A stretch of DNA of 64,000 nt. It comes from Malacoraja senta. Its lineage: Eukaryota. The first letter of the stretch is position 1; each line of letters begins with the position of its first letter. Under the pieces are notes generated by a model that had not been told where the DNA came from, searched no databases, and saw only the letters and a program-made list of their open reading frames with translations. The stretch spans positions 9,364,001 through 9,428,000 of the forward strand of contig CM075992.1 in the NCBI GenBank assembly GCA_038087875.1. Reading direction: 5' to 3'. The position numbers and the translations under genes were made by a program. Shown in pieces: positions 38,784 to 51,676 of this stretch.

Positions 38784-39727
38784 AAACATAGAAACATAGA
38801 AATTAGGTGCAGGAGTAGGCCATTCGGCCCTTCGAGCCTGCACCGCCATTCAATATGATCATGGCTGATCATCCAACTCAGTATCCCGTACCTGCCTTCT
38901 CTCCATACCCTCTGATCCCTTTAGCCACAAGGGCCACATCTAACTCCCTCTTAAATATAGCCAATGAACTGGCTTCGACTACCCTCTGTGGCAGAGAGTT
39001 CCAGAGATTCACCACTCTCTGTGTGAAAAAAGTTCTTCTCATCTCGGTTTTAAAGGATTTCCCCCTTATCCTTAAGCTGTGACCCCTTGTCCTGGACTTC
39101 CCCAACATCGGGAGCAATCTTCCTGCATCTAGCCTGTCCAACCCCTTAAGAATTTTGTAAGTTTCTATAAGATCCCCTCTCAATCTCCTAAATTCTAGAG
39201 AGTATAAACCAAGTCTATCCAGTCTTTCTTCATAAGACAGTCCTGACATCCCAGGAATCAGTCTGGTGAACCTTCTCTGCACTCCCTCTATGGCAATAAT
39301 GTCCTTCCTCAGATTTGGAGACCAAAACTGTACGCAATACTCCAGGTGTGGTCTCACCAAGACCCTGTACAACTGCAGTAGAACCTCCCTGCTCCTATAC
39401 TCAAATCCTTTTGCTATGAAAGCTAACATACCATTCGCTTTCTTCACTGCCTGCTGCACCTGCGTGCCTACTTTCAATGACTGGTGTACCATGACACCCA
39501 GGTCTCGCTTCATCTCCCCTTTTCCTAGTCGGCCACCATTTAGATAATAGTCTGCTTTCCTGTTTTTGCCACCAAAATGGATAACCTCACATTTATCCAC
39601 ATTATACTGCATCTGCCAAACATTTGGCCACTCACCCAGCCTATCCAAGTCACCTTGCAGTCTCCTAGCATCCTCCTCACAGCTAACACTGCCCCCCAGC
39701 TTAGTGTCATCTGCAAACTTGGAGATA
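38784..39727 (-). mobile_element. Young CR1/HER1 LINE 3' fragment with open ORF2 C-terminus
   Basis: Uninterrupted 256-aa ORF 38878-39648 (QYNVDKCEVIHFG..VRPHLEYCVQFWSP..). Confidence 0.95.
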
Positions 39728-40057
39728 TTGCCTGGAGTTATTCAGCATGTCAGGCATCTCTGGAGAACATGAATAGGCAATGTTTTGGATCAGAACTCTT
39801 CTTCAGACTGATTGTAGTAGGGGGGGGGGGGAGGGGGGGAGAAAGGTGGGAAATTGGTGGGGTTGGGGTTGGGACAAAGCCTGGCAAGTGATATGCAATT
39901 TCAAGCGAGGGTGGTTTTGTTGGCAGATGGATGGACAAAGGCTAGAGATGAAAAGGAGACGTGTTCGATAAGACGGAAATGTGAAACCAGAGGGAGGATA
40001 TGGATGGATCGGGTGGGGGAGAGGGTAAAGGGACTAGGAAAGTGAGATAAATGGATG

Positions 40058-40556
40058 GACGTGGCTTGGTTCGGCAACTTGAGTGCCCAGGAGCGGAAAA
40101 GACTACAAAAAGTGGTATACACTGCCCAGTCCATCATCGGCTCTGACCTCCCTATCATCGAGGGGATCTATCACAGTCGCTGCCTCAAAAAGACTGGCAA
40201 AATCATCAAGGACCCACACCATCCTGGCCACACACTCATCTCCCCGCTACCTTCAGGTAGAAGGTACAGGAGCCTGAAGACTGCAACGTCCAGGTTCAGG
40301 AATAGCTACTTCCCCACAGCCATCAGGCTATTAAACTCAACATACAAAACTCTGAACATTCATAGCCCATTACCTGTTTATTTGCACTTTATCAGTTTTA
40401 TATATTCATGTGTGTATATATTTATACAATGGTATATGGACACACTGATCTGTTCTGTATTATTCATGCCTACTATATTCTGTTGTGCTGAAGCAAAGCA
40501 AGAATGTCATTGTCCTATCTGGGACACATGACAATAAACTCTCTTGAATCTTGAAT
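40058..40556 (+). mobile_element. Rex1/Babar LINE 3' end
   Basis: WFGN..LQKVV.TAQSIIG..IIKDPHHPGH..LPSGRRYRSL..RFRNSYFPTAIRLLN; (cttgaat)n tail. Confidence 0.9.
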
Positions 40557-40807
40557 CTACACTTGCCAGGCTTAGACACAGCGCCATCTCCTTTCCAGCT
40601 ATCTCCCCTGCACTACAATCAGCCTGATGAAGGGTCCCGACCCGAAATTACTTATCTGTTTCCTCCACAGATGCTGAGTTACTCTAACACTTTGTGTTTT
40701 ACTAATAGACATTGATGTCCAGGGATCTGACCCAAAACCAGAATAATATAACAGAAGTTTTGTACAATTTAACATAATTAAAAGTATTTTAAATATCATT
40801 GTCTTCA

Positions 40808-41330
40808 GTTTTGGGCACCATGTTATGGGAAAGATATTGTCAAGCTGGAAAGGGTGCAGAGAAGATTTACAAGGATGTTGCCAGGACTCGAGGGCCTGAG
40901 CTCTGGGGAGAGGTTGAGCAAGCTAGGACTTAATTCCTTGGACCGCAGGAGGATGAGGGATGATCTTATAGAGAGGTGTATAAAATTATGAGAGGAATAG
41001 ATCGGGTAGACGCACAGAGTCTTGCCCAGAGAAGGGGAATAGAGAACCCGAAGACATAGGTTTAAGGTGTGGGGGGAAAGATTTAATAGGAATCTGAGGG
41101 TAACTTTTTCACACAAAGGGTGGTGGGTGTAGGGAACAAGCTGCCAGAAGAGGTAGTTGAGGCAGGGACTGTCGCAATGTTTAAGAAACATTTAGACAGG
41201 TACATGGATAGCACAGGTTTAGAAGGATATGTGCCAAATGCAGGTAGGTGGGTCTAGTGTAGATGGGACATGTTGGCCAGTCCGAAGGGCCTGTTTCCAT
41301 GCGGTAAGACATGGTGACTCTATGACTCTA
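40808..41330 (+). mobile_element. CR1 LINE 3' end (older subfamily)
   Basis: cagttttgggcacca..gaaagggtgcagagaagattt; gggcctgtt..atgactctatgac tail. Confidence 0.85.
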
Positions 41331-41365
41331 TTGGTTAAAGATGTCTCTTAAATCTGTATTCACAG

Positions 41366-41520
41366 TTCAATGCCTTCTTCTGGGAGTGACATACTCTCTG
41401 CTCATTCTGTCACTGATCTACTCCCTACGCAAGTATCAATGATCGATTTACTCTCAGAGCCCAGTTTGCAGAATGAAATGCCCGAGGGTCTGCCCCATAA
41501 CAATGGTATAATGACATCAG
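41366..41520 (+). CDS. RAD23A: RAD23A exon 4 (linker; predicted, longer than mammalian)
   Basis: cacag|T-SMPSSGSDILSAHSVTDLLPTQVSMIDLLSEPSLQNEMPEGLPHNNGIMTS-G|gtcagt; 155 bp open frame joining phase 2 (exon 3) to phase 1 (exon 5); SMPSSGS resembles mammalian SVPSSGS. Confidence 0.75.
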
Positions 41521-41807
41521 GTCAGTAAATTCATACCTGGATTTTATAAACTTGAAGGAGGGTTGTGGGACTAGACTAGGAAATGCAATGAATATGTAAC
41601 ACTTTCTTTCTCTATTGACAATTTATGATCTGCTGTTGCCATGAAAATCAGTTGTAATAGCTATAAAAGAGTGATGTGCAGTGACACAAGCATGGTGCAG
41701 TCATAATGTGTAGGGGTGATCTGTAAATAATCTCCATTGTCTGATTTCTTAATGGCAGCCAATTCATGCGTTATTTTCTAAAATAATGTCCTATGAAAGG
41801 AGTGTTT

Positions 41808-42676
41808 AGGGCAGCACGGTGACACAGCAGTAGAGTTGTTGCCTCACAACGTCAGAGACCTGGGTTTGATCTTGTCCCAAGTTCACAACTTATAGGAGTA
41901 GAATTAGGCCATTCACCCATCGGGTCTACTCCGCCATTCAATCATGGCTGATCTCTGCCTCCTAATCCAATTTTCCTGCCTTCTCCCCAAAACCCTTGAC
42001 ACCCGTTCTAATCAAGAATGTGTCTATCTCTGCCTTAAAAATATCCACTGACTTGGCCTCCACAGCCCTCTGTGGCAAAGAGTTCCACAGATTAACTACC
42101 CACTGACTACCCTCCTCGCCTCCTTTGTAAAAGAGTGTCCTTTAATTCTGAGGCTGTGACCTCTGGTCCTAGACTCTCCCACCAGAGGAAACATCCTTTT
42201 CACATCCACTCTATCGAAGCCTTTCATTATTCTGTGTTTCAATGAGGTCCCCCCTCAACCTTCTAAACTCCAGCGAGTACAGGCCCAGTGCCGTCAAACG
42301 CTCATCATATGCTAACCCACTAATTCCTGGAATCATTCTTGTAAACCTCCTCTGGACCCTCTCTAGAGCCAGCACATCCTTCCTCAAATATGGGGCCAAC
42401 ATTTGCTCACAGCAAATTTGCTCACTGTGTACGGGTGCTGTCTGTATGGGTGCTGTCTGTGTATGTTCTCCCTGGGACCGTATATGTTTTCTCCAGGTGC
42501 TCTGGTTTCCTCCCACATCCCGAAGACGTACAGGTTTGTAGGTTAAGTGGCTTTGGTAAAATTGTAAAATTAATCCTAGTGCGTAGAACAGAACTAGTGT
42601 ATGGGGTGATCGCCGGTCGGCGTGGACTCGGTGGGCCGAAGGGCCTGTATCCACGCTGTACCCCAAAAGTCTAAAG
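41808..42676 (+). mobile_element. HE1-like SINE split by a CR1 3' fragment (41881-42399, - strand)
   Basis: Head 41808-41875, body resumes ~42425. Confidence 0.8.
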
Positions 42677-42884
42677 ACTATTTAGTACTTCTCTGCACTA
42701 GTTTTACTTTGGTAACAATATAACATAATTGCTGCCTCCATATACAATGGTGTGGATGTGTTTGTGTAAGCTACGTAATGTAACATTTTGAGTATTTATT
42801 GCTATTCTACCCCCGATAGTTGTAGATATCGACGGCTACACTGAAATATGTAAGTTTGTCATTGATCACCAGCACACCATAGTA

Positions 42885-44361
42885 CAGTAAACCCTCAATA
42901 TAACGGAGCACAGGGGGGGGGGGGGGGGAATGGTGTCCGTTATTGCTGACTGTCCGCTATAACCAAGTAAGGGTTTACTTCAACCACCTAGTGGACATTC
43001 CGTGAAACGAGTTGTTTTCAAATACAAAGTTCTTTTTAACAGCTAAAAATTTATCTTTGTTACTGCAAGCTAAAAATATTAAAGGCTGTTTGTTCCATTG
43101 TTTAATAGTTAAGTGTCGATCCAAGCGATCGGTTGTCAATTTCAATGCATTGTCAATTTCAGTGTCTTGTCAATTTCAAAGCATTGCCGATTTCAATGCC
43201 TTGTCAATTTCAATGCATTGTCAGTTTCAATGCATTGTTAATTGACAATGCTTTGAAATTGACGGCACTGAAATTGACAATGCATTGAAATTGACAACCG
43301 ATCGCTTGGATTGACACTTAACTATTAAACAAAGTAACAAACAGCCTTTAATATTTTTAATGCCTTGTCAGTTTCAATGCTTTGTCAGTTTCAAAGCATT
43401 GCCAATTTAAATGCATGGCAAGTTCAAGTTCAAGTTCAAGCTACATTTATTGTCACATGCACCAATTGGTACAGTGAGATTTGAGTTACCTTACAGCCAT
43501 ACGAATAAAAAGAACACAATACACGATAGAATTTAACATGAACATCCCCATACAACGGAATCAATGTTTCCCACTGTGAGGGAAGGCAACAAAGTTAAAG
43601 TTCCGTCATCTTCCTCTTTGTTCACCCGTGGTCAGGGCCTTTGAGCCCTCCGCAGTCGCTGCTACGGTGGCCCGATGTTCAGACCCTCTCGCCGGGATGA
43701 TCGGAGCTCCAGCGTCGGAACGGAAGAACACACTCAGCGGCTTGTAGTTTCTGAATCGGCCACTTCTTACTGGAGGCCACGGCTCCCGAAGTCCACAGGC
43801 CGAGCTGGGCGGAGATTCAACACTGGCAACCCTCGGCAAAAGATCCCAGGACTTTGGGATGTGAGAGTCAGCGCCGCCCGCAGCTAGAAGCTCCGCAAAC
43901 CACAGCTCCACGGTGTTAATCACCAGGCCCAACACGCCGGAGCTCCAACACAGGCGATCCCCGATAAGGCATCGTCCCACTCCGCGATGGAATTCAGTGC
44001 TGCGCCGCTGCTGAAGCTCTGGCCGGTCTCCGGCAGGAAAGGCCGCGCCAATCCAGTTGGTAGGCCGTGAGGGGGGCGAAGATGCGACTCGGAGAAAAGA
44101 CGCATCCTCGACCAGGAAGTGACAGGAAACGGTTTCCCCTCTTCCCCCCCCCCCCCCACATAAAAAAGACAAGAAACCTCTAAAAACATACTTTTAGACA
44201 GACTAAAAATAACAAAAAGGGTGAAAGGACGGACAGCTGCTGGCGAGGCTGCCACGCTCGATGGCGTCACCCGATGGTATGGCGCAGTATACAGTTCTGA
44301 AAGAGACAGTCCGCTATAACCAAAATCTGTTGTTAAGAGGTCTGTAATAGAGGGTTTGCTG
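42885..44361. mobile_element. Tc1/pogo(Tigger)-type MITE with nested insertion
   Basis: TA|CAGTAAACCCTC...GAGGGTTTGCTG|TA; subterminal gtccgctataacc repeats. Confidence 0.8.
43419..44277 (-). mobile_element. GC-rich retro-element family, copy 2 (Rex1-like tail, (TTGAAC)n)
   Basis: Shared motifs and hairpin (43545-43584) with copies 1 and 3. Confidence 0.75.
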
Positions 44362-44413
44362 TATTGAGATTCTAAAATGTTGATTTAGTTTAATCTTCCA
44401 CTTCCATTTCCAG

Positions 44414-44541
44414 TGACGAGCCCAGCCTATGAGACCATGGTGTCTGAAATCATATCGATGGGTTATGAGCGTGAGCAGGTGGTGGCAGCATTAAGAGCAA
44501 GCTTCAATAACCCACACAGGGCAGTGGAATACCTGCTGACG
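44414..44541 (+). CDS. RAD23A: RAD23A exon 5 (UBA1)
   Basis: ag|(V)[42 protein letters not shown]|gtaagg; 128 bp. Confidence 0.96.
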
Positions 44542-45295
44542 GTAAGGGACATGGCTGGCTGTTTGAGGGAAGTGGCTTCATGGGTCTGTGTGAATACATA
44601 TGTACTTGTGTTGGGTGCTCCTCAACTGTATTCAGCGCAGCTCTCTCAGATGGTTCCAGGTAAAGCAATGTAGGTGATGGTCTTTTGTGTGCCAGGTACA
44701 ACTCAGAATGAAGCGCTTTCACTTCTGTCAGAGATTGGCTAACGGTCATAGAGTCATGCGGCGTGAAAACAGGTCCTTCAGCCCAACTCGCCCACAACAT
44801 GCCCCATCTACACTAGTCCCACCTGCCGGCTTTTGGCCCATATCCCTCTAAACCTACCCATATCCATATCCATATCCTACCCTATCCATAACGTCGTTGT
44901 ACTGTTGGATGAACCATCCTTTGGATGTGATGTTAACCCAAGACCTTATGTCAGGTAGACATAAAAGATCCAGTGTTGCAGAATTAAATATCTCGTGTCA
45001 TAATACACATCTCTTAATTAACACTAAAATCAAATAACCTCATCATTGTCACACTGCAGTTTGTAAGAGCTTGCTTTGGAGATATTGGCTGCTGCAATTT
45101 CTATGTGACAAGAGTGGCTACATTTAAAAGTGCTACACTGACTCTTCGAAATTATCCTGAGGTTGTAAAAGGTGCTATTTAAATGTATGTTTTAAAATAA
45201 GTCGGCTAAAATCCAAACTATCACATGCAGGCAAAGGAATTAGCATCATATTCGGCATGGACATTGTGAGCAGAAGGGCCTGTTGCTGTGCTGTT

Positions 45296-45718
45296 CTTAG
45301 GCCCCCTTTGATCATGACTGACCATGGGTGTATCCGGGGTGTTATTCCCTATATGGAGGACGCCTGTGTGTGACTTTGTTTAACGTGGGGAGACTGGTGC
45401 ACAGACAGCCACCCCACGGTCCTTGACAGATCTGAGTCAGGATCCAGTGGCATGAAGTCCAAGACGACCGAAGACCCTTTTCTGCTGCAGCCTTCATCCG
45501 CCTTCCCAGCCGTTGTGACGCTCCACTAAGGTCAGCCATCGTCCTCCGCCTGTTCCACCGGTGAGGTCTTGGTTGGATTGCTCTTTGTCAGAGACCTCCC
45601 CCTCGACCTTACCGCCATGGGGGGCCCTACCAGGAGCATAGCTCCAGACGGCATCGCTCTCAGGATCTCAGGTCCACACAAGCTTCTCCACCACGACAAG
45701 ATGACAACCCACTGAGAA
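45296..45718 (-). mobile_element. Short RTE-derived non-autonomous element (5' UTR-like part plus short tail)
   Basis: - strand cttgtcgtggtggagaagcttgtg..gagctatgctcctggtagggcc resembles RTE/BovB 5' UTRs as recalled; no ORF. Confidence 0.55.
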
Positions 45719-46403
45719 GCGCTATACTGTACTGTTGTACGTTCTATACAATGTTCTGGATGGCACAGTTTTTATTCTTTTTTCAGCATTTGGTTATTGC
45801 TGGCAAATCGACTATTTATTGCTCAACACTTATTGCTCTTGGGAAGGTGGTGGTGAGCTGTAGTTGGAGGTGAAGCTGCTCCCATGGTGGTGTTAAGTGG
45901 GGCGTGCCGGTTTTGGACCCTGTGATGATAATCACTATACTTCAATAGTGCTTTATTTATCACATATGCAACTGCACAGTGAGATTATTTTTGCATATAT
46001 TATACATGGAGGTGCCACCATGTTTGGCAACATTATGTAAAGTCCAAAGTCCGGTCAGCCCACCCGCTTGATGTGTGGGAAGGAACTGCAGTTGCTGGTT
46101 TCCACCGAAGATAGACACAAAAAGCTGGAGTAACTCATCTGGAGAAAAGGAATAGGCGACATTTCTGGTCAAGACCCTTCTTCAGATTGAGAGTCAGGGG
46201 AAAGGGGACTCTGAGTCTGAAGAATGGTCTCGACCAGAAACATCACCCATTCCTTCTCTCCAGAGATGCTGCCTGACCCACTGAGTTACTCCAGATTTTT
46301 GTGTCTATCCAAGCGCTCGATGTACTGGAGCAGTTCCTGTGAACCGACGTCCCTCTCCTCTCCTTGAAGGCGCTGGAGGCATTACCCCGGTTCACCGTCC
46401 CAC

Positions 46404-47169
46404 AGGGGCTGTCCCACTGCAGCGACCTAATCTGCGAGTTCAGAAGAGTTTGCCCTCGACTCATACTCGCAGCGTGGTCTACACGAGGTACTAGGAGGTC
46501 TTTGTAACTCTCCTTCATGCTCGAGAGTAGTCCCCGCGTACTCGAGGCCTCAGCTAGGTCGCGGCGTATTTTTCATCATGCTGAAAAATGCCCGCGAATA
46601 AAAAAAGGTCGCCATGGAAAACAAATCGATATTTTTTTACTCGTAGGTTTAGTCGAGGTAGGTCGTAGTAGGTCGGCATGTTAGTCGTAGGTAGTCGAGG
46701 GTAGTCGAAGGAAATCGAGGGTAGTCGAAAGTAAAGCTCGTTGAGAAAAAAAAGGTAAGTAAACCGACCGGTAATGTTAAATGCCCACTAAACTTTATTA
46801 AAAGTTGTCTGGCTTCTTAAAAGTGTCTCCACTCCTTCAACCCCCCTTCTCTCCCCTTCTCCCCCTTCTCCCCCCTACTCTTCCCTTCTCTCCCCTTCTC
46901 TCTCCTTCTCTCCCACCCCCTCTCCGCGCTTTCTAAAGGACTTACCATTATGTGCCAACCGTCTTTTACCTTCCTGTTCATCGCGGGTGTGAATTCAGAC
47001 AGCGCTCCCCCGCTTTCCCTGGCCCCTGCCTTTGCGATGTGTTTGTGTGCGTGCGGTCGGTCGATCCAGCTCGCGGATTCATCGCTGATGGTCAATCCAG
47101 CTGGAGGTTTTTCAGGCGAGTGCCCTCGAGCTTGAAGGTTGAAGCAGTCGCGTTAATGGGACAGGTCCT
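46404..47169. mobile_element. MITE with GGG(G/C)CTGTCCCA termini (Harbinger/Kolobok-like)
   Basis: ggggctgtcccact ... aatgggacaggtcc; related to 53511-53756. Confidence 0.7.
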
Positions 47170-48302
47170 TACTGGTCCATGCTGCTCACGTCCGACGTCT
47201 CCAGCACCCTTCTTGTCCCGTTGTCCAACAAACCTTTGGGCTGGTTCCTGATCCTGCCGACCGAAGAGCCTTTGGGCAGATTATGAGACTTTGGGCTGGT
47301 TAGAAAGAGGATTGGTGATATATTTCCAAGTTAGGACAAGAGGGGACTCTGATGTTGATGCAGCTACTGCTCTTGTCCTTGATGATCAAGAAACTGCAGA
47401 TGCTGGAATCTTAAACAATGCACAAAGTGCTGGAGGAACTCAGCGAGTCAGTTAGCACCTGTGGAGGGAATGATCAAAAGACGTTTCAGGGTCGGGACCC
47501 TTCTTCAGACTAAATCTGTAAAAGGACCCAACCCAAAACATTACCTGCCCATTCCCACCACAGATGCTGCCTGACCCTCATCTATTGTCTTTCTGCTGAC
47601 TGGTTAGCACACAACAAAAGCTTTTCACTGTACCTCGGTACACGTGACATTAAACTAAACTCAACTCAACGAAACTCAAACGGCTTCCTCCAGCACTTTG
47701 TGGTTTGCTCATGGTAGCCTATGCAAATAACTGCATTGCATTACATAGAAGGTACACATTCATAAGTGATAGGAGCAGAATTAGGCCATTCGGCCCATTG
47801 GGTCTACTCCGCCATTCAATCACGGCTGATCTTCCCCCTCAACTCCATTCTCCTGCCTTCTCCCCATAACTACCCGTACTAATCAAGAACCAAACAATTC
47901 CAACAGATTTGTCAGGCAAGATCTCCCCTTCACAAAACCATTCTGACTCTGGCCTATTAGTCCCAGAGTACCATCTACAAAATATTAAATGGGATTAGTG
48001 TAGGGTTAGCATAAATAGATGTTGCTGAATGGTGCGGACTTGGTGGGCTAAAGGGCCAGTATTTGTGCTGTATGACTCTGACCCATTTACATGTTTACTG
48101 ATAGTATAGTGATGGTACGTAAGCTGACACTATTAAGTTAATGAGGAGCGAGAGTAAATGATGTATTTATTGCCATATCATTTCATATAAACGGTACATT
48201 ATTTATATTAAATGGTGTGTTGTAAAATTACAATGTAAAATTTAAAAAAGTATTTTAATCTTGTTCGCAGAGGCACATTGAACCTGTTTTCTTTGTTTCT
48301 AG

Positions 48303-48396
48303 GGTCTGCCTGAGAGTCCAGTGGGTCCAGAGCAGGAGAGTACAACACCTCAAGATAGTCCTGAATCTGGTCAAGAATACAATCCAGAAACACTAG
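48303..48396 (+). CDS. RAD23A: RAD23A exon 6 (3' end ambiguous: 48396 GC donor or 48369 GT donor)
   Basis: tag|GLPESPVGPEQESTTPQDSPESGQEYNPETL-G|gcaagg; both candidate donors are phase 1, as exon 7 requires. Confidence 0.78.
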
Positions 48397-49406
48397 GCAA
48401 GGAGTAATGCTTTTAGTAAATAATTTGACAAAGCTTCCTCAAAGACCATTAGACATAGTCTGAAGAAGGGTTTCGGCCCGAAACGTTACCTATTTCCTTC
48501 GCAGACATAGAAGCAGAATTAGGCAGTTCAGCCCATCAAGTCTACTCCGCCATTTGATCATGGCTGATCTATTTTTCCTTCTCAACCACATTCTACTGCA
48601 TTCTTCCAGTAACCTTTGAATCCCTTACTAATCAAGAACGTTCAATATCCACTTTAAAATTGCCCAATGACTTGACCTCCTATGGCTCAAGAAATTCCTC
48701 CTCGTCTCCATTCTAAAGTTCTTTTACTCTGAGGCTGTGCTCTCTGGTTCTAGACTCTCCCTGTACTGGAAACATCCTCTCCACATCCACTCTACCTCGG
48801 CCTTTCAATGATATCCTCCCTCTCATCCTTCTAAACTCTTGTATATCTTGGTTACATATGCTGAAGATGTTTGTAGATGTCGAGTAGCAGTTATCAGAAC
48901 TTTTATGTAAACATAAGTTCATAAGTTCCCGAAGCAGAATTAGGCCATTTAGCCCATCAAATTTACTCTGCCATTCAATCATGGATGGTCTATCTTTCTC
49001 TCTCAACCCCATTTTCCTGTTTTCGCCCCAAAGAAATATTTCTCCGCCTTAGAAATATCCATTGACATGGCCTCCACAGCCATCTGTGGCAATGAATTCC
49101 ACAGTTTTACCACCCACTGACTGAAGAAACCATTGACTCTGACTATTAACCATTATTTTGGCTAAACCATTTTGTTTTGGTGATGTGTCCCACTGGCATT
49201 CTGTAGTGTGGACCCCCTTGTGTAGTCATGACTTAAGCATGCTCAGCTGGTGACAGCCCCAGGCTATTTGATGTCAAATCTCATGTTCTTCCCCAGACCA
49301 TCAGTCATAGGCAAATCTCATGTTCTTAACCAGACCGTCAGGCTGTACTCCCGCTCCCTGCTTCTAAGCAGAAACTGAACCATGAGATTCCGCTACAGGA
49401 TGTACA

Positions 49407-49651
49407 GGGCGGCGCGGTGGTGCAGCGGTAGAGTCGTTGCCTTACATCGCTTGCAGCGCCAGAGACCCGGTTTCTTCTCACATTCCAAAGACGTACAAGT
49501 TTGTAGGTTAATTGGCTTGGTATAAGTGTAAATTGTCCCTAGTGTGTGTAGGATAATGTCAATGTGCGGGGATCGCTGGTCGGTGCGGACTCAGTGGGCC
49601 GAAGGGCCTGTTTCCATGCTGTATCTCTAAATGAAACTAAACTAAACTAAA
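49407..49651 (+). mobile_element. HE1-like V-SINE (internally deleted)
   Basis: Head and tail present, (aaact)n end. Confidence 0.8.
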
Positions 49652-50525
49652 AATGTTGGTCTGAGGAAACAGATGAGCTCTTATATGTCTGCTGAATGTT
49701 AGTCGTGGAGAACAGTCTTTAACCATTGTTAAGGAGGTGAGAACAAAGTACTTACAATAACATGAGTAGACCGAGCCAATGGCGTCTTTATCAAATGGAA
49801 ATAGTGTTTAACAAATAGCGTGGAAACAGGCCCCAAAGCCCAACTTGCTCACACTGACCAATATGTCCCATTTACACTAGTACCACCTGCCTGCGTTTAG
49901 CCCATGTCCCTATAACCCTGTCCTATCAAATTTATTGGAGTTCTTTCTTTTAGTGTCACTAACAGAGTTGATAAAGAGTGGTTGGTGTATTAGATGTGTA
50001 TGTGGATTTCCAGATTATATTCAATAATGTGCCACATAAAATGTCACATGGCGTGATAATGACTAATGGAGTGATGACATTGAGTGTACCTGTTGGAGAG
50101 TGCCAAACTTTAGGCAAGTGGCATGTTTAAGTAAGTAAGTAAGTAAGTAAGTAAGTTTATTGGCCAAGTATTCACATACAAGGAATTTGTCTTGGTGCTC
50201 CGCCCACAAGTAACAACATGATATACAGTGACAGTTACGAATGACTCAGAAAACACTAAACATTAATAATAATAATACATTAATGATAAAACACCATTGA
50301 TCAAGCATGTGAACCAACAAAATACTAGATCAAAGGGAGGCTACAGATTTTTGGCTGTTGAGTAGAGCAACTACTCGTGGATAAAAGATTTAAAGAGTCT
50401 TTCTGTTATAAGTTAGTTAGTATTAATACCCTCACTTCAGTGAGGTTCTACTGTATCTGTCTGTCTACGACTGAAGAAGGGTTCCGACCCGAAACGTCAC
50501 CTATTCTGTTTCTCCAGAGATGCTG

Positions 50526-51676
50526 GTTAACAGCAACTGTGAGCCGTTTCAAGTCAGATCAGGAGTGAAACAGGGATGCATGATTTCCCCAACACTGTTC
50601 ACCATCTTCATTGCGACAGCCATCCACATCATCAAGGTCGACCAACCCCCAGGAATCGAAATCGTCTACAGAACAGACTTTTCAATCTTGCCCGTCTCAA
50701 GTCCAAAACTAAGACATCTATGAGCTCCCTCATCGAGTTCCAATACGCAGACGACAACTGTGTTGCAGCTCTCTCAGAAAATCATCTGCAACAGATCCTG
50801 ACTGCCTTCAACAGTGCATACACAAAACTTGGACTTACCATCAACTACAAGAATCGTCACCAATTGAGACAAATCGGAAAGAACCGTCAATTCAACTTGG
50901 TGGAACAACCCTGGAAAATGTGGATCGCTTTCCGTACCTTGGAAGTCACCTCTCCTCCAATGTTGACCTTGATGACGATATCCAACATCGTCTTAAGTGT
51001 GCCGGAACAGCTTTTGGACGTCTTCCAACGAGAGTCTTTCAAAATCATAACATCCGAACAGACACCAAAATGTTAGTGTACAAGGCAGTGGTGATTCCAA
51101 CGCTCCTGTATGCATCAGAAACCTGGACAACATACCGACGCCATCTGAAAACACTTGAAAAGTTCCATCAACGATGTCTTCGAAGCAGCTTAAATATCAG
51201 CTGGGAAGACAGAAGAACCAACGTCAGCGTGCTGAATGAAGCAAAAACATCTAGCATCGAAGCCTTCATCATCAAGAACCAACTAAGATGGGTCGGACAT
51301 CCTTCTACTCCCAGCTTAAAGAAGGCAAATGTAAAAGAGGCGGATAAAAGAAGAGATTCAAAGACGCCTTAAAAGCCAGCATGAAGAAATGTGCAATCGA
51401 CATCGACAATTGGGAAACCAATGCCAAGGACAGGAAACTCTGGCGAACCATTATCCAAGAAGGAACAGCGACCTTCAAAGCCAACAGATGCGCAGAATTA
51501 GAAGGAAAGAGAAGAAAACGGAAAGAGAGGCAGCAACAACCAAAGCCCGATCTGCCATCTGGAATTACCTGTCCTGAATGCCGAAGAACTTTCAAAGTCA
51601 GGATTGGACTCATAAGCCACCTGAGAGTCCATAAAAACAACCATCATCCTCGACCTTGAGGGATAGCCCCGACGAC
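50526..51676 (+). mobile_element. RTE-clade LINE 3' fragment inserted in a Penelope terminal repeat
   Basis: GVKQGCMISPTLF, QYADD, FPYLGS, LLYASETWT, QLRWVGH, C-terminal CPECRRTF..SHLRVH zinc finger. Confidence 0.92.
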
